64,000 nucleotides of DNA from an uncultured Ignavibacteriales bacterium (GTDB lineage Bacteria > Zixibacteria > MSB-5A5 > GN15 > FEB-12), in NCBI GenBank assembly GCA_964544635.1, contig CAZJCK010000003.1:19973-83972 (forward strand), written 5' to 3'. Position 1 is the stretch's first letter. Every line of letters begins with the position of its first letter. The notes under the pieces are model-generated. The model ran no database searches and was not told the DNA's origin. It saw only the letters and a list, made by a program, of their open reading frames with translations. Of the stretch, positions 27,845-36,390 are shown piece after piece. The position numbers and the translations under genes were made by a program.

Positions 27845-28366
27845 ATGAAACGGATAAAAATTTTGGGGCTGCTGGGCGCGGTCTGCCTGGTGTGGGGATG
27901 CGGTGAGGACAAGAATGCGGACATGGCGACCACACCGACAGAAGAGCAGACGATACGCAGCTCACTCTCAGATGACAGGCTGGTTACGCGTGACCAGTTG
28001 ATTGGTACCTGGCTGGGCCAGTACATTCATATCGACCCGCATTCGAGACAACGGATGGAGTTTACGGTGAGCTTCGTTTTCAACGACACCGCCTTCTTGT
28101 ACCAGAAGGCCGAAACTGATTCTACGAACTATCACTGCCCACACGTCTACGCGTGGGGTCCGTGGGCAACTGATGGCCTGGCGCTGTGGCTGCAGAATCA
28201 TGCTTTTTACACGATGGACTGTTTCTGGTATCCGATTTCTGCTCGAAATCACCCGGTTTGGTTTGATGGCAATACGCTGATTATTCTGGAGAACGAGATT
28301 GCATATCCTGACTCGGTAGTGTCGTTTGGCTACCTCGATACATTCAGACTGGTGAGGGTGAAATGA
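27845..28366 (+). CDS. Hypothetical lipoprotein
   Basis: 173 aa with signal peptide plus lipobox LVWGC. No other motif recognised. Confidence 0.6.
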   Translation: MKRIKILGLLGAVCLVWGCGEDKNADMATTPTEEQTIRSSLSDDRLVTRDQLIGTWLGQYIHIDPHSRQRMEFTVSFVFNDTAFLYQKAETDSTNYHCPHVYAWGPWATDGLALWLQNHAFYTMDCFWYPISARNHPVWFDGNTLIILENEIAYPDSVVSFGYLDTFRLVRVK

Positions 28367-28473
28367 GAACACACGCAACCGTATTGGTAGTACTCGTCGC
28401 TGTGACGATGTCACTGTCCTGTTCGGAGAAACCGAATGAGCCGATGACGGGTGCGAAGAAATCAGTCCCGTAG
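28363..28473 (+). CDS. 36-aa lipoprotein-signal ORF, possibly a truncated gene
   Basis: Not in the track. Translates as MRTHATVLVVLVAVTMSLSCSEKPNEPMTGAKKSVP. Has an ATGA overlap with the upstream stop. Its TAG stop is the first bases of the 75-bp repeat element. Confidence 0.3.
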   Translation: MRTHATVLVVLVAVTMSLSCSEKPNEPMTGAKKSVP

Positions 28474-28544
28474 GTCAGGTTCCTTGTGAAGCTGACAGTG
28501 TATCGTCCGTTGGGCGAAGTCAGGTTGCAAGCAACCTGACCTAC
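28470..28544 (+). repeat. 75-bp MITE/REP-like element with 12-bp terminal inverted repeats
   Basis: Termini are GTAGGTCAGGTT...AACCTGACCTAC. Internal hairpins are CAGGTT..CTTGTGAAGCTGAC and TCAGGTTGCAAGCAACCTGA. A same-length homologue sits at 44011..44085. Confidence 0.7.
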
Positions 28545-28574
28545 GAACAGAGTGCGGGGACATTTTCGGCAGAG

Positions 28575-28645
28575 ATGGGCAGACTGGGCCCCAGGTGTTC
28601 GCCCCGGGGCGACAGAGAAAGAGCCCACCTGAGAGGTAGGCTACC
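28575..28645 (+). repeat. 71-bp direct repeat, left copy
   Basis: ATGGGCAGACTGGGCCCCAGGTGTTCGCCCCGGGGCGACAGAGAAAGAGCCCACCTGAGAGGTAGGCTACC. About 90 percent identical, by eye, to 29370..29440. Confidence 0.75.
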
Positions 28646-28678
28646 GTTGAGGTTTCAGTAATGTACCAATCATCTGCC

Positions 28679-28892
28679 AGTGAGTGTAGGTCGAAACTTC
28701 AAGGCCCGCAGGGCCGAAGAGTTTCGACATTGTTCTTTTAACGAATGTCGAAAGTCTGCCTGAGTCGTATGGCTAAGGTCAGAACCCACTCTCACAAACT
28801 CAATTCGTACGCGTGAATGTAGGCCAGGATGTCCTGCAGGGACTTCTGGCGTCGTTATGATTCGCAGACTCCTTTGTATCACGTATTTCCTG
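28679..28892. repeat. 214-bp structured non-coding unit, copy 1 (candidate ncRNA or mobile non-coding element)
   Basis: Identical to 28929..29142 except one base (28698 t vs 28948 c). Contains several perfect hairpins, for example GTCGAAACT/AGTTTCGAC enclosing GGCCC-GCA-GGGCC. Strand unknown. Confidence 0.7.
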
Positions 28893-28928
28893 GCGGTTGT
28901 ACGGGGTGTGGCGAGAGGAGTTTACGGA

Positions 28929-29142
28929 AGTGAGTGTAGGTCGAAACCTCAAGGCCCGCAGGGCCGAAGAGTTTCGACATTGTTCTTTTAACGAATGTCG
29001 AAAGTCTGCCTGAGTCGTATGGCTAAGGTCAGAACCCACTCTCACAAACTCAATTCGTACGCGTGAATGTAGGCCAGGATGTCCTGCAGGGACTTCTGGC
29101 GTCGTTATGATTCGCAGACTCCTTTGTATCACGTATTTCCTG
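28929..29142. repeat. 214-bp structured non-coding unit, copy 2
   Basis: Period is 250 bp (214-bp unit plus 36-bp spacer). Followed by ACTCACTGG (29148..29156), which is complementary to CCAGTGAGT (28677..28685). Confidence 0.7.
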
Positions 29143-29369
29143 ATAGTACTCACTGGATACGAAACGGTCTCTTAACTAATCGTCCGCCGAAAGCGCCGTG
29201 CAACGTGCCATTTCCGCGTTTTCAAAGAGGGGAGGACTGAGCAGAAGTAAAGACGCAGACCTCTCCGTCCGGCAGTTGCCGGATTCCGAGATCTGCGCTA
29301 CGGGACGGTCGAAGAGAATAATGGATGCCCGCCGGCGCGGGCACGACGTATGCAGCGTTCGTCGCAGGG

Positions 29370-29440
29370 ATGGGCAGACTGGGCCCCGGGGTCTTCGCCC
29401 GCGGCGACAGAGAAAGAGCCCACCTGAAAGGTAGGCGACC
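29370..29440 (+). repeat. 71-bp direct repeat, right copy
   Basis: ATGGGCAGACTGGGCCCCGGGGTCTTCGCCCGCGGCGACAGAGAAAGAGCCCACCTGAAAGGTAGGCGACC. Confidence 0.75.
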
Positions 29441-29542
29441 TCCAGAGATAGAAGTCACCTGAAAAATGGGATACCAGGAATGGTGGGCGCCGTACGCGGA
29501 AGCAGCGCTTTACATCGGTAACGTGGATCGGTATCGTAGGGC

Positions 29543-30751
29543 ATGGTGCGACGTCCAGAACCATCGTATACCGGGCTGTATCTTCTTTTCCTGTTTGCCT
29601 TTCAGTTTGTGCTGGTACCGGTGATGGCGCTTGATGCCCCGGTATGGGGGGATGAGGGCCACTATGTAAACACCATCGAGCAGTTCGGCGACCGGTTATC
29701 ACTCGAGCTGCTGCGAACGTACGAAGAAATGTCGGGGCCTCTCCCCTTTGTGCTGTATGCGGCATGGGGCAACCTGGTCGGTTTCAACCTGACCATGCTG
29801 CGGATCTTCTCGCTGCTGGCGGCACTGGTAACATATATTCTGTTTTACCGCGTTGCGCGGACATGGGGGCTGTCGCCGGAACGTGCGGTAATTGCGCTGG
29901 CGATCCTCATGCTCAATCCGTACATGATCGGCCTGTCGGTGTTTGTCTATACCGATATGCTGACGATCCTTTTTGTCGTGTTCGCGCTGCAGGGGTTCGT
30001 CACCAACAAGGTGCGGACGATGTCGGTCGCACTGGCTCTGGCGCTTTTGTGCCGCCAGTATATCGTGTTCGTCTCGATCGCGTTGATTGCCTATCAGGTG
30101 ATGCAGTATGTTCTGGAGAAGGACCGAAGCGCGCTGCCGAAGATCGGCTACCTGATAGCGGCGCACCTGCCGTTGATTGCGTTGTTTTTCCTCTGGGGCG
30201 GGCTGAATCCGGACAACGACATGCAGCAATTGTATGCCCGGCATGCGTTTGTATTTCATCCGTCGTTTGTAACCACCTACATCGCGGCGTTGGGGGCGTA
30301 TTTGCTGCCGATCCTGGTCTGGCGGTGGCGCCAGGTATACGCCAAGCGTGCTGTAATAATAAGCGCCGTACTCTGCTGGTTGTACTGGCTCTTTCCAATC
30401 GAGGCAGCCGAGCCGGCGAAGCATGTCGGTACCGACACGGTCGGGCTGCTGCACGGCTGGCTGGTGGAGCGTTTGGGGGGCGGCATCGGGCCGGATATCG
30501 CATTTTTCGTGCTGTTCTTTGTCGGCATACCGATTGTGATTCACGCTGTGGCGGAGATGGGCGTTATTGCAAAGCGCCGGGTGATCGTGCCACAGGATTT
30601 GTGGCCGATGCTGCTGCTGGCGTTTTTGATTGTGATGCCGTGGTCGTATCTGGTGTGGGAGAAATACCTGATGCCGCTGCTTCCAGCAGTGATTTTGATG
30701 ATAATTCACTTAGATTTGCGAAAACCGTTAAAAAAGTATCTCCGCGACTGA
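29543..30751 (+). CDS. GT-C fold glycosyltransferase (GT39/GT83, ArnT/PMT-like)
   Basis: 402 aa with about 11 TM segments. Has an early periplasmic-loop acidic motif (WGDEGHY) as in ArnT/PMT-type enzymes. Confidence 0.7.
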   Translation: MVRRPEPSYTGLYLLFLFAFQFVLVPVMALDAPVWGDEGHYVNTIEQFGDRLSLELLRTYEEMSGPLPFVLYAAWGNLVGFNLTMLRIFSLLAALVTYILFYRVARTWGLSPERAVIALAILMLNPYMIGLSVFVYTDMLTILFVVFALQGFVTNKVRTMSVALALALLCRQYIVFVSIALIAYQVMQYVLEKDRSALPKIGYLIAAHLPLIALFFLWGGLNPDNDMQQLYARHAFVFHPSFVTTYIAALGAYLLPILVWRWRQVYAKRAVIISAVLCWLYWLFPIEAAEPAKHVGTDTVGLLHGWLVERLGGGIGPDIAFFVLFFVGIPIVIHAVAEMGVIAKRRVIVPQDLWPMLLLAFLIVMPWSYLVWEKYLMPLLPAVILMIIHLDLRKPLKKYLRD

Positions 30752-30817
30752 CACGTTTTGACAGTGGGCCTTTGTATATTTCAGGCAAGCGGAGATAGAT
30801 TTGGGGGTGATGGGGAT

Positions 30818-31063
30818 ATGACGCAGACGGCTGTATACACTCGTCGCATTCGGTCGGGCAGCCGGGTGTACATGTTTGACGTTCGGCGGGCACAAAATGG
30901 GCGGCTGTATCTTCGCTTGACCGAGGAGCGCCGCACGCCGGAGGGGGATCTCAAGAGTACAATTCTGGTGTTTGAGGACGGGTTACTTCCGATGTGGCGG
31001 GAATTTGATCAGATGATCAAGGCTCTGCAGCGGATGGGCTGGTACCCGAACGAGAGGTGTTAG
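30818..31063 (+). CDS. PUR-alpha-like nucleic-acid-binding protein (DUF3276-like)
   Basis: 81 aa from the ATG at 30818. SGSRVYMFDVRRAQNGRLYLRLTEERR matches the PUR-repeat pattern (R.Y.FD.K.N..G.FL.I.E). The track start at 30758 is over-extended. Confidence 0.55.
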   Translation: MTQTAVYTRRIRSGSRVYMFDVRRAQNGRLYLRLTEERRTPEGDLKSTILVFEDGLLPMWREFDQMIKALQRMGWYPNERC

Positions 31064-31064
31064 G

Positions 31065-31090
31065 AAGGCAGGTGGGCTAATGCGCCTGCC
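31065..31090. terminator. Weak hairpin between convergent genes
   Basis: AAGGCAGG-tgggctaatgcg-CCTGCC. No clear T-run. Confidence 0.25.
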
Positions 31091-31096
31091 GAATAC

Positions 31097-31639
31097 TTAC
31101 CCCATGGCGGCGTGGACAGCCAGACCGATCAAAAGCAGGCCGCCGATGATGCCGGCGATCCTGCTGTAACGCAGACCGAGGCCGCGGCCGAAGGCGAGGC
31201 CGATGATCGTCATGGCGGCGGCGGTAATGCCGATCACCATGCTGGGATAGAGGATGTCGACGCCGATCAGGGCGAGCGAGAAGCCGGCCGCCAGGGCGTC
31301 GATCGAAGTGGCGAACATCAGCACCAACAGCGACATGCCGCGTGAGGGATCACCTTTCCAGCGCCGTTCGTCGGGATTGAACTGCTCCCAGATTAATCGG
31401 GCGCCGATGACCGCCAGGACCACGCCGGCGGTGATCTTACCATAGACTCCCATCAGATCGGCGATCGGTTCACCGGCCAGCCAGCCGACAATCGGCATGC
31501 CGAACTGGGCGAAGCCGAAGTGGAAGGAGAGGCGGAAGACTGTCCAGCGATCGATCTGGCCGGCATGGATGCCGATGGCGACGGCGACCGCGAAAGCGTC
31601 GAAGCCCAGCGCAAAGGCCAGGGTGATGAGGTTTATCAA
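31097..31639 (-). CDS. mntP: Manganese efflux pump MntP (DUF204)
   Basis: 180 aa. ALGFDAFAVAVAIG and a second IDALAAGFSLA half-repeat give the typical duplicated DUF204 architecture. TTG start. Confidence 0.8.
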   Translation of the reverse strand: MINLITLAFALGFDAFAVAVAIGIHAGQIDRWTVFRLSFHFGFAQFGMPIVGWLAGEPIADLMGVYGKITAGVVLAVIGARLIWEQFNPDERRWKGDPSRGMSLLVLMFATSIDALAAGFSLALIGVDILYPSMVIGITAAAMTIIGLAFGRGLGLRYSRIAGIIGGLLLIGLAVHAAMG

Positions 31640-31790
31640 GTCGATGGAGCGGTTCTCCCTTTTGTTGTCTCCCCGCCGCCCGCTGCGTCGGGCAATGGCG
31701 GACCCGGTTTCCTCTCTGTTTTATCGGCCTGGCGGGTCGCTCCGTCAGGCGGTCGCCGGACTCCGGAGACCGACCTGAATTGAACGCCGG
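31640..31790 (-). promoter_or_regulatory. GC-rich structured 5' leader of mntP, a possible Mn-riboswitch-like element (unverified)
   Basis: The minus-strand leader contains GTCTCC...GGAGAC closing complementarity, GGAGUCCGG, AUUGCC-hairpin-GGGGAGACA and GAGGAAAC segments. These match the yybP-ykoY consensus only loosely. Confidence 0.2.
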
Positions 31791-31888
31791 GCAGTATAGC
31801 CAACAAGCGACCGGAAAACAACTTACCGGTACCGTTTTCGGGCCGGATCGGGGAACAGAATAGCTCCTGATCGGTTAAAGAATAAAAC

Positions 31889-31917
31889 TTTACGAAAATG
31901 TAATCTTTTCGTATATT
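31889..31917 (+). promoter_or_regulatory. Candidate suf-operon promoter with an embedded inverted-repeat operator
   Basis: TTTACG (31889..94), a 17-nt spacer, then TATATT (31912..17). A perfect inverted repeat ACGAAAA-N7-TTTTCGT (31892..31912) spans the spacer. Lies 50 nt upstream of the Rrf2 gene. Confidence 0.45.
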
Positions 31918-31967
31918 GTGGTAGTGAAGTTGACGACCTAATAAGGCCTTAATTGGATAATTAAACG

Positions 31968-32483
31968 ATGAGAATTTCGTCACTTGAAGAATATGGATTG
32001 AGGTGCCTGCTCACGCTGGCGCGCACCGGGACCGACGGTCAGATGTCGATCTCGGACATCGCCGAGAAAGAAGGGTTGTCGGTGCCGTATGCATCGAAGC
32101 TCCTTTCGATCTTGCGTCAGAAGGACCTGGTCAGTTCGGTGCGTGGTCGCGGCGGCGGGTTTTGCATCGCCCGGGAGCCGAGCCAAATCAACCTGTATGA
32201 GGTGATCACGGCGCTGGGCGGGCCGCTCATCGACCCGGACCACTGCGATCGGTTCACCGGGCAGCTCGAGGAGTGCGTGCACTCGGACAATTGCACGGTG
32301 CACCATGTGCTCGACGGTCTGGCCGGGTATATCGGTCACTTCCTGAGCCGTGCCACGCTGGCGGATCTGCTCGACGGCAAGGTGAGCGGCGGCGCGCCGT
32401 TTGTCATGCCGCAGTCGTTTGTGATCGAGCCGGAAGCCATCGAGCAGGCGAACACGAGTATGAAGGTTAACGAGAAACAATAA
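31968..32483 (+). CDS. Rrf2-family transcriptional regulator (IscR/SufR-like role)
   Basis: 171 aa with a MRISSLEEYGLRCLL N-terminal wHTH and SVRGRGGGF. Cys/His cluster candidates (HCD...C..H..C). First gene of the suf operon. Confidence 0.88.
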   Translation: MRISSLEEYGLRCLLTLARTGTDGQMSISDIAEKEGLSVPYASKLLSILRQKDLVSSVRGRGGGFCIAREPSQINLYEVITALGGPLIDPDHCDRFTGQLEECVHSDNCTVHHVLDGLAGYIGHFLSRATLADLLDGKVSGGAPFVMPQSFVIEPEAIEQANTSMKVNEKQ

Positions 32484-32506
32484 ATTAAGAGAAGGAAGCG
32501 CTAACA

Positions 32507-33277
32507 ATGGCGGACAAGAAACCACTGTTCGAGTTTAAAGACATACACGTCGAAGTTGACGGCAACGAGGTAGTCAACGGTGTGTCGCTGCAGATATTCC
32601 CCGGCGAGATTCATGCGATCATGGGTCCCAACGGTTCCGGAAAGTCATCGTTGTCTAACGCCCTGATGGGCCATCCCAATTATGCGATCACCAAGGGGAC
32701 GGCGACCATCGAGGGTAAGGACATCCTCGAGATGGCGGCGGATGAACGTTCGCGCGCCGGCCTGTTTTTGGCCTTCCAGTACCCGCTGGCGATTCCGGGC
32801 GTCAAGGTAGCCGATTTCATGCGGGCGGCGTTGCAGTCGCACCGTGGCAAGGATGCCGACATGTCCGATTTCCGGAAGCTGTTCAAGGCGGAGATGGATG
32901 CACTGAATGTCGATCATTCGTTTGCGACGCGCTATTTGAACGAGGGCTTTTCCGGCGGTGAGAAGAAGCGTATCGAGATCTTACAGATGTCGATGCTCAA
33001 TCCGAAGATGGCGCTTCTCGATGAAACCGATTCGGGCCTCGATATCGACGCCTTGAAGGTCGTTTCCGAAGGTATCAACCGTTTTGCAAATGAGAACAAT
33101 GCCCTTCTGCTCGTAACGCACTATCAGCGCCTGCTGAATTTCGTGAAGCCACATCACGTGCATGTGATGATGGCGGGCAAGCTGGTCAAGTCCGGCGGCC
33201 CGGAACTGGCGCTGAAGCTCGAGGAAGAAGGCTATGAATGGGTCGGTGAAGAGAGCCGACAGAAAGTGGAGGCGTAA
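32507..33277 (+). CDS. sufC: Fe-S cluster assembly ATPase SufC
   Basis: 256 aa with GPNGSGKS Walker [13 protein letters not shown] and LDETDSGLD motifs. Confidence 0.95.
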   Translation: MADKKPLFEFKDIHVEVDGNEVVNGVSLQIFPGEIHAIMGPNGSGKSSLSNALMGHPNYAITKGTATIEGKDILEMAADERSRAGLFLAFQYPLAIPGVKVADFMRAALQSHRGKDADMSDFRKLFKAEMDALNVDHSFATRYLNEGFSGGEKKRIEILQMSMLNPKMALLDETDSGLDIDALKVVSEGINRFANENNALLLVTHYQRLLNFVKPHHVHVMMAGKLVKSGGPELALKLEEEGYEWVGEESRQKVEA

Positions 33278-33279
33278 CC

Positions 33280-34713
33280 ATGGCTGAACCTCTCAAGCAG
33301 CGCAACGAAGATCTCTCCACCCTGAATCAGGACTATGCATCGAAGTACGGGTTCCATGACCCGGTTAACTATTTCCACAAGGGTGCCCGGGGGGTCAACC
33401 ACGAAGTTGTGGAGATGATCTCGCAGATGAAGAAGGAGCCGCGCTGGATGGCGGACCTGCGTCACCACGCGCTGGACGTGTTTCTCTCGAAACCGACGCC
33501 GCAGTGGGGTAACACCAAACTGCTAAACGAGATCCTGTACGACAACATCTACTACTTCATGAAGCCGATCGAGAAGCAGGGTCAGTCGTGGGACGATGTG
33601 CCGGAATACATCAAGAACACCTTTGACAAGCTCGGTATCCCGGAAGCGGAAAAGAACTTCCTGGGCGGCGTATCGGCGCAGTATGAGTCGGAAGTGGTGT
33701 ATCACTCGATGCGACAGGAGTGGAAAGACCAGGGGGTGGTCTTCCTCGACATGGATGCCGGCCTGCGCGAGTATGAAGATATCGTGAAGAAGTACTTTGG
33801 TACGGTCATTCCGATGAATGACAACAAATTCGCGGCCCTTAACTCGGCCGTCTGGTCGGGCGGTTCGTTCATCTACGTGCCACCGGGCGTAAACGTAACG
33901 GTCCCGCTGCAGGCCTACTTCCGCATCAACGCGGAGAACATGGGCCAGTTCGAGCGGACACTGATCATCGCCGACAAGGGTTCGCGGGTGCACTACATCG
34001 AAGGCTGCACGGCGCCGGTCTACTCGACCGACTCGCTGCACTCGGCGGTGGTCGAGCTGATTGCGCTCGATGACGCCTACATCCGCTACACGACCATCCA
34101 GAACTGGGCGCGCAATATTTACAATCTCGTCACCAAGCGGGCGTCGGCGTACAAGAACGCCACGGTCGAATGGGTCGACGGTAACCTCGGATCGCGCCTG
34201 ACGATGAAGTACCCGTGCATCCAGCTTCTCGGTGAAGGCGCCAAGGGCGAAATCCTGTCGGTAGCGTTCAGCGGGCAGGACCAGCACCAGGATGCCGGGG
34301 CCAAGGTGATTCATGCCGCCCCGCGAACATCGAGCCGTATCACCTCCAAGTCGATTTCGAAGGACAACGGCCGGGCATCGTATCGCGGCCTTGTCAAGGT
34401 GCACAAGAACGCTGCAGACTCGAAGGTTTCGGTGGAGTGTGACGCCCTCCTGATCGGGGCAGATGCGCGCAGCGATACGTATCCGACCATGGAGATCGAT
34501 CACGACCAGGTGAAGATCGAGCACGAGGCGCGGGTTTCGAAGGTGGCCGAGGAGCAGTTGTTCTACCTGACCTCGCGCGGCCTGACGGAAGACGATGCCC
34601 GCCTGCTGATCGTCAACGGTTTTATGGAGCCGTTCACCAAAGAATTGCCGATGGAATACGCGGTCGAGTTGAACCGGTTGATTGAACTTGAAATGGAAGG
34701 GTCGATTGGCTGA
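33280..34713 (+). CDS. sufB: Fe-S cluster assembly protein SufB
   Basis: 477 aa with a typical SufB C-terminal beta-helix region ([14 protein letters not shown]). Follows sufC. Confidence 0.95.
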   Translation: MAEPLKQRNEDLSTLNQDYASKYGFHDPVNYFHKGARGVNHEVVEMISQMKKEPRWMADLRHHALDVFLSKPTPQWGNTKLLNEILYDNIYYFMKPIEKQGQSWDDVPEYIKNTFDKLGIPEAEKNFLGGVSAQYESEVVYHSMRQEWKDQGVVFLDMDAGLREYEDIVKKYFGTVIPMNDNKFAALNSAVWSGGSFIYVPPGVNVTVPLQAYFRINAENMGQFERTLIIADKGSRVHYIEGCTAPVYSTDSLHSAVVELIALDDAYIRYTTIQNWARNIYNLVTKRASAYKNATVEWVDGNLGSRLTMKYPCIQLLGEGAKGEILSVAFSGQDQHQDAGAKVIHAAPRTSSRITSKSISKDNGRASYRGLVKVHKNAADSKVSVECDALLIGADARSDTYPTMEIDHDQVKIEHEARVSKVAEEQLFYLTSRGLTEDDARLLIVNGFMEPFTKELPMEYAVELNRLIELEMEGSIG

Positions 34714-36053
34714 TGGCAGAGAGCACTACTACTTCCAGGGAGATGGCTCTCGATCAATTTTTGATCGATGAGCATGCACCCGAACTGCACCGCGGACCGG
34801 ACTGGCTGACAGAGCGTCGGCAGGAAGCCCGCGCCAGTTTCAACGACCAGCCTCTCCCCCGTCGTGGTTTGCACCTGTGGCGTTATACTGATCCGGGCAA
34901 GTTCCTGATGGACAAGTCGCTGGTGAGTGATACGTCGTTCGGTGAAAACTACGACATGGTCGAGCAGCTGGAGTTGCAGCACCTGAAGGACGGTCATTTG
35001 GCCGCGCTGGTCAGTGACCTCGGCGGTCGCGAGATCCAGATTCACCGTTCCGAGTCGGAGCTGCCCGAAGCGGTGGTGATTGCATCGCTTTCCGAGGCGG
35101 CGCAGGCGCATGAAGAGATCGTGCAGAAGTACCTGTACGAGTTGGTGCACAAGGATACCGGCAAGTTCGAAGCGATGAACGGCGCGTTGTGGAATGACGG
35201 CATCTTCATTTACGTGCCGAAGAATGTCGAAGTAACCAAGCCGGTGCACCTGCTTCGTGAGGCTGGTCGCAATAAGTCGGCGCACTTCGCGCGGCTGCTG
35301 GTGGTGATTGAAGACAATGCCAGGCTGACGATTGTCGATGAGTACGGGGGCGGGTCTTTTGATATTGCCGACGGCCGTTCGCTGGCCAACTCGGTGGTCG
35401 AGTTGTACGGCGGTCCGAACAGCCACATGCGGTACGTTCCGTTGCAACGCCAGGCGAGCGGGATGACGTCGTACCTGACGCATCGCGCCCGCATCGAGCA
35501 GGGAGCGACGATGCTGACGGTGCCGCTGGCGTTCGGCGGCGCGATCAGCAAGGCCAACTTCGGTGTAACCATGAATGGTGAAGGCGCCGACAGCCGGATG
35601 TACGGCATGCTCTTCGGCACCGGCCGTCAACACTTCGACAATCACACCCTGCATCATCACGCGGTCGGCAAGACGTTCAGCGATATCGATTACAAGGTGG
35701 TTCTGCGAGACCGGGCGGTGTCGGCCTATACCGGGCTTATCCGTATCGACAACGGCGCCAAGGTGTGTGAAGCCTACCAGGAGAACCGCAACCTGCTTCT
35801 CAACAAAGGGACGCGCGCCGAGACGATTCCGGAACTGGAGATTCTCAACGAAGAGGTGTCGTGTTCACACGGCGCCACGATCGGCCCGATCGATCCCGAG
35901 CAGATCTTTTACCTCGGTTCGCGCGGTGTTGACCGCGAGCGGGCGGTGCGGATGATTGTCGGTGGCTTTGTGGCCGATACCTTGAAGCTGGTGCCGGAAG
36001 ATCTTCGCGAACGTATCACCAGCTTCGTGGCCCAGCGGCTGGAGGATATCTGA
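34713..36053 (+). CDS. sufD: Fe-S cluster assembly protein SufD
   Basis: 446 aa, a SufB/D-family paralogue. 1-nt junction with sufB. Confidence 0.88.
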   Translation: MAESTTTSREMALDQFLIDEHAPELHRGPDWLTERRQEARASFNDQPLPRRGLHLWRYTDPGKFLMDKSLVSDTSFGENYDMVEQLELQHLKDGHLAALVSDLGGREIQIHRSESELPEAVVIASLSEAAQAHEEIVQKYLYELVHKDTGKFEAMNGALWNDGIFIYVPKNVEVTKPVHLLREAGRNKSAHFARLLVVIEDNARLTIVDEYGGGSFDIADGRSLANSVVELYGGPNSHMRYVPLQRQASGMTSYLTHRARIEQGATMLTVPLAFGGAISKANFGVTMNGEGADSRMYGMLFGTGRQHFDNHTLHHHAVGKTFSDIDYKVVLRDRAVSAYTGLIRIDNGAKVCEAYQENRNLLLNKGTRAETIPELEILNEEVSCSHGATIGPIDPEQIFYLGSRGVDRERAVRMIVGGFVADTLKLVPEDLRERITSFVAQRLEDI

Positions 36054-36367
36054 TGGCCGAATTTGTCCGGGTAGCGTCGCTTGACGACATCCCGCAGGGC
36101 AGCATGAAGGGCTTCGAAGTGGGCTACGACCGGGTGTTGATCGTCCACACCGAGAAGGGTGTGTTTGCGCTCAACGACGAGTGCTCGCACCAGGCGGTGC
36201 CGTTGTCGGACGGCAAGCTGACCCGCAGCGGCCAGGTTGTCTGTACGGCGCACGGCGCGCGGTTCAACCCGGAAACGGGGGCGGTGGAGGAGGCACCGGC
36301 GATTGTCGGCGTCGACCGGTATGATACGAAGGTGGAAAACGGCGAGATATTCGTCAAATTCGATTAA
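36053..36367 (+). CDS. Rieske [2Fe-2S] ferredoxin-type protein
   Basis: 104 aa with the CSH...C.AHG Rieske motif. 1-nt junction with sufD. Confidence 0.85.
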   Translation: MAEFVRVASLDDIPQGSMKGFEVGYDRVLIVHTEKGVFALNDECSHQAVPLSDGKLTRSGQVVCTAHGARFNPETGAVEEAPAIVGVDRYDTKVENGEIFVKFD

Positions 36368-36390
36368 CGCCAGACTGACGAAAGAACGAC

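Noticed and set aside
27619-28026. 135-aa minus-strand ORF in the iorA/lipoprotein divergent region
   Set aside because: It overlaps the promoter region and the 5' part of the plus-strand lipoprotein gene. It has no RBS and no motifs.
28679-29142. Possible CRISPR array (two identical repeats separated by a 36-bp spacer)
   Set aside because: The repeat unit is 214 bp, far longer than CRISPR repeats. There are only two copies and no cas genes in the window.
28670-29153. Minus-strand ORFs of 70 and 117 aa sharing an identical 67-aa segment
   Set aside because: They are simply read-through of the tandem non-coding units. The 250-bp period is not a multiple of three, so the frame is not maintained between copies. 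They have no RBS and no protein-like motif.
29140-29172. Hammerhead-ribozyme-like CUGAU...CGAAAC arrangement just after the second 214-bp unit
   Set aside because: The core reads CUGAUAG rather than CUGAUGA (the G8/A9 positions are wrong). Helices II and III cannot be formed convincingly.
29699-30798. 336-aa minus-strand and 344-aa plus-strand ORFs overlapping the glycosyltransferase gene
   Set aside because: They are alternative frames of the GT-C gene. They are R/Q/H/P-rich or A/G/R-rich without TM segments or motifs, whereas the 29543..30751 frame gives a coherent polytopic protein.
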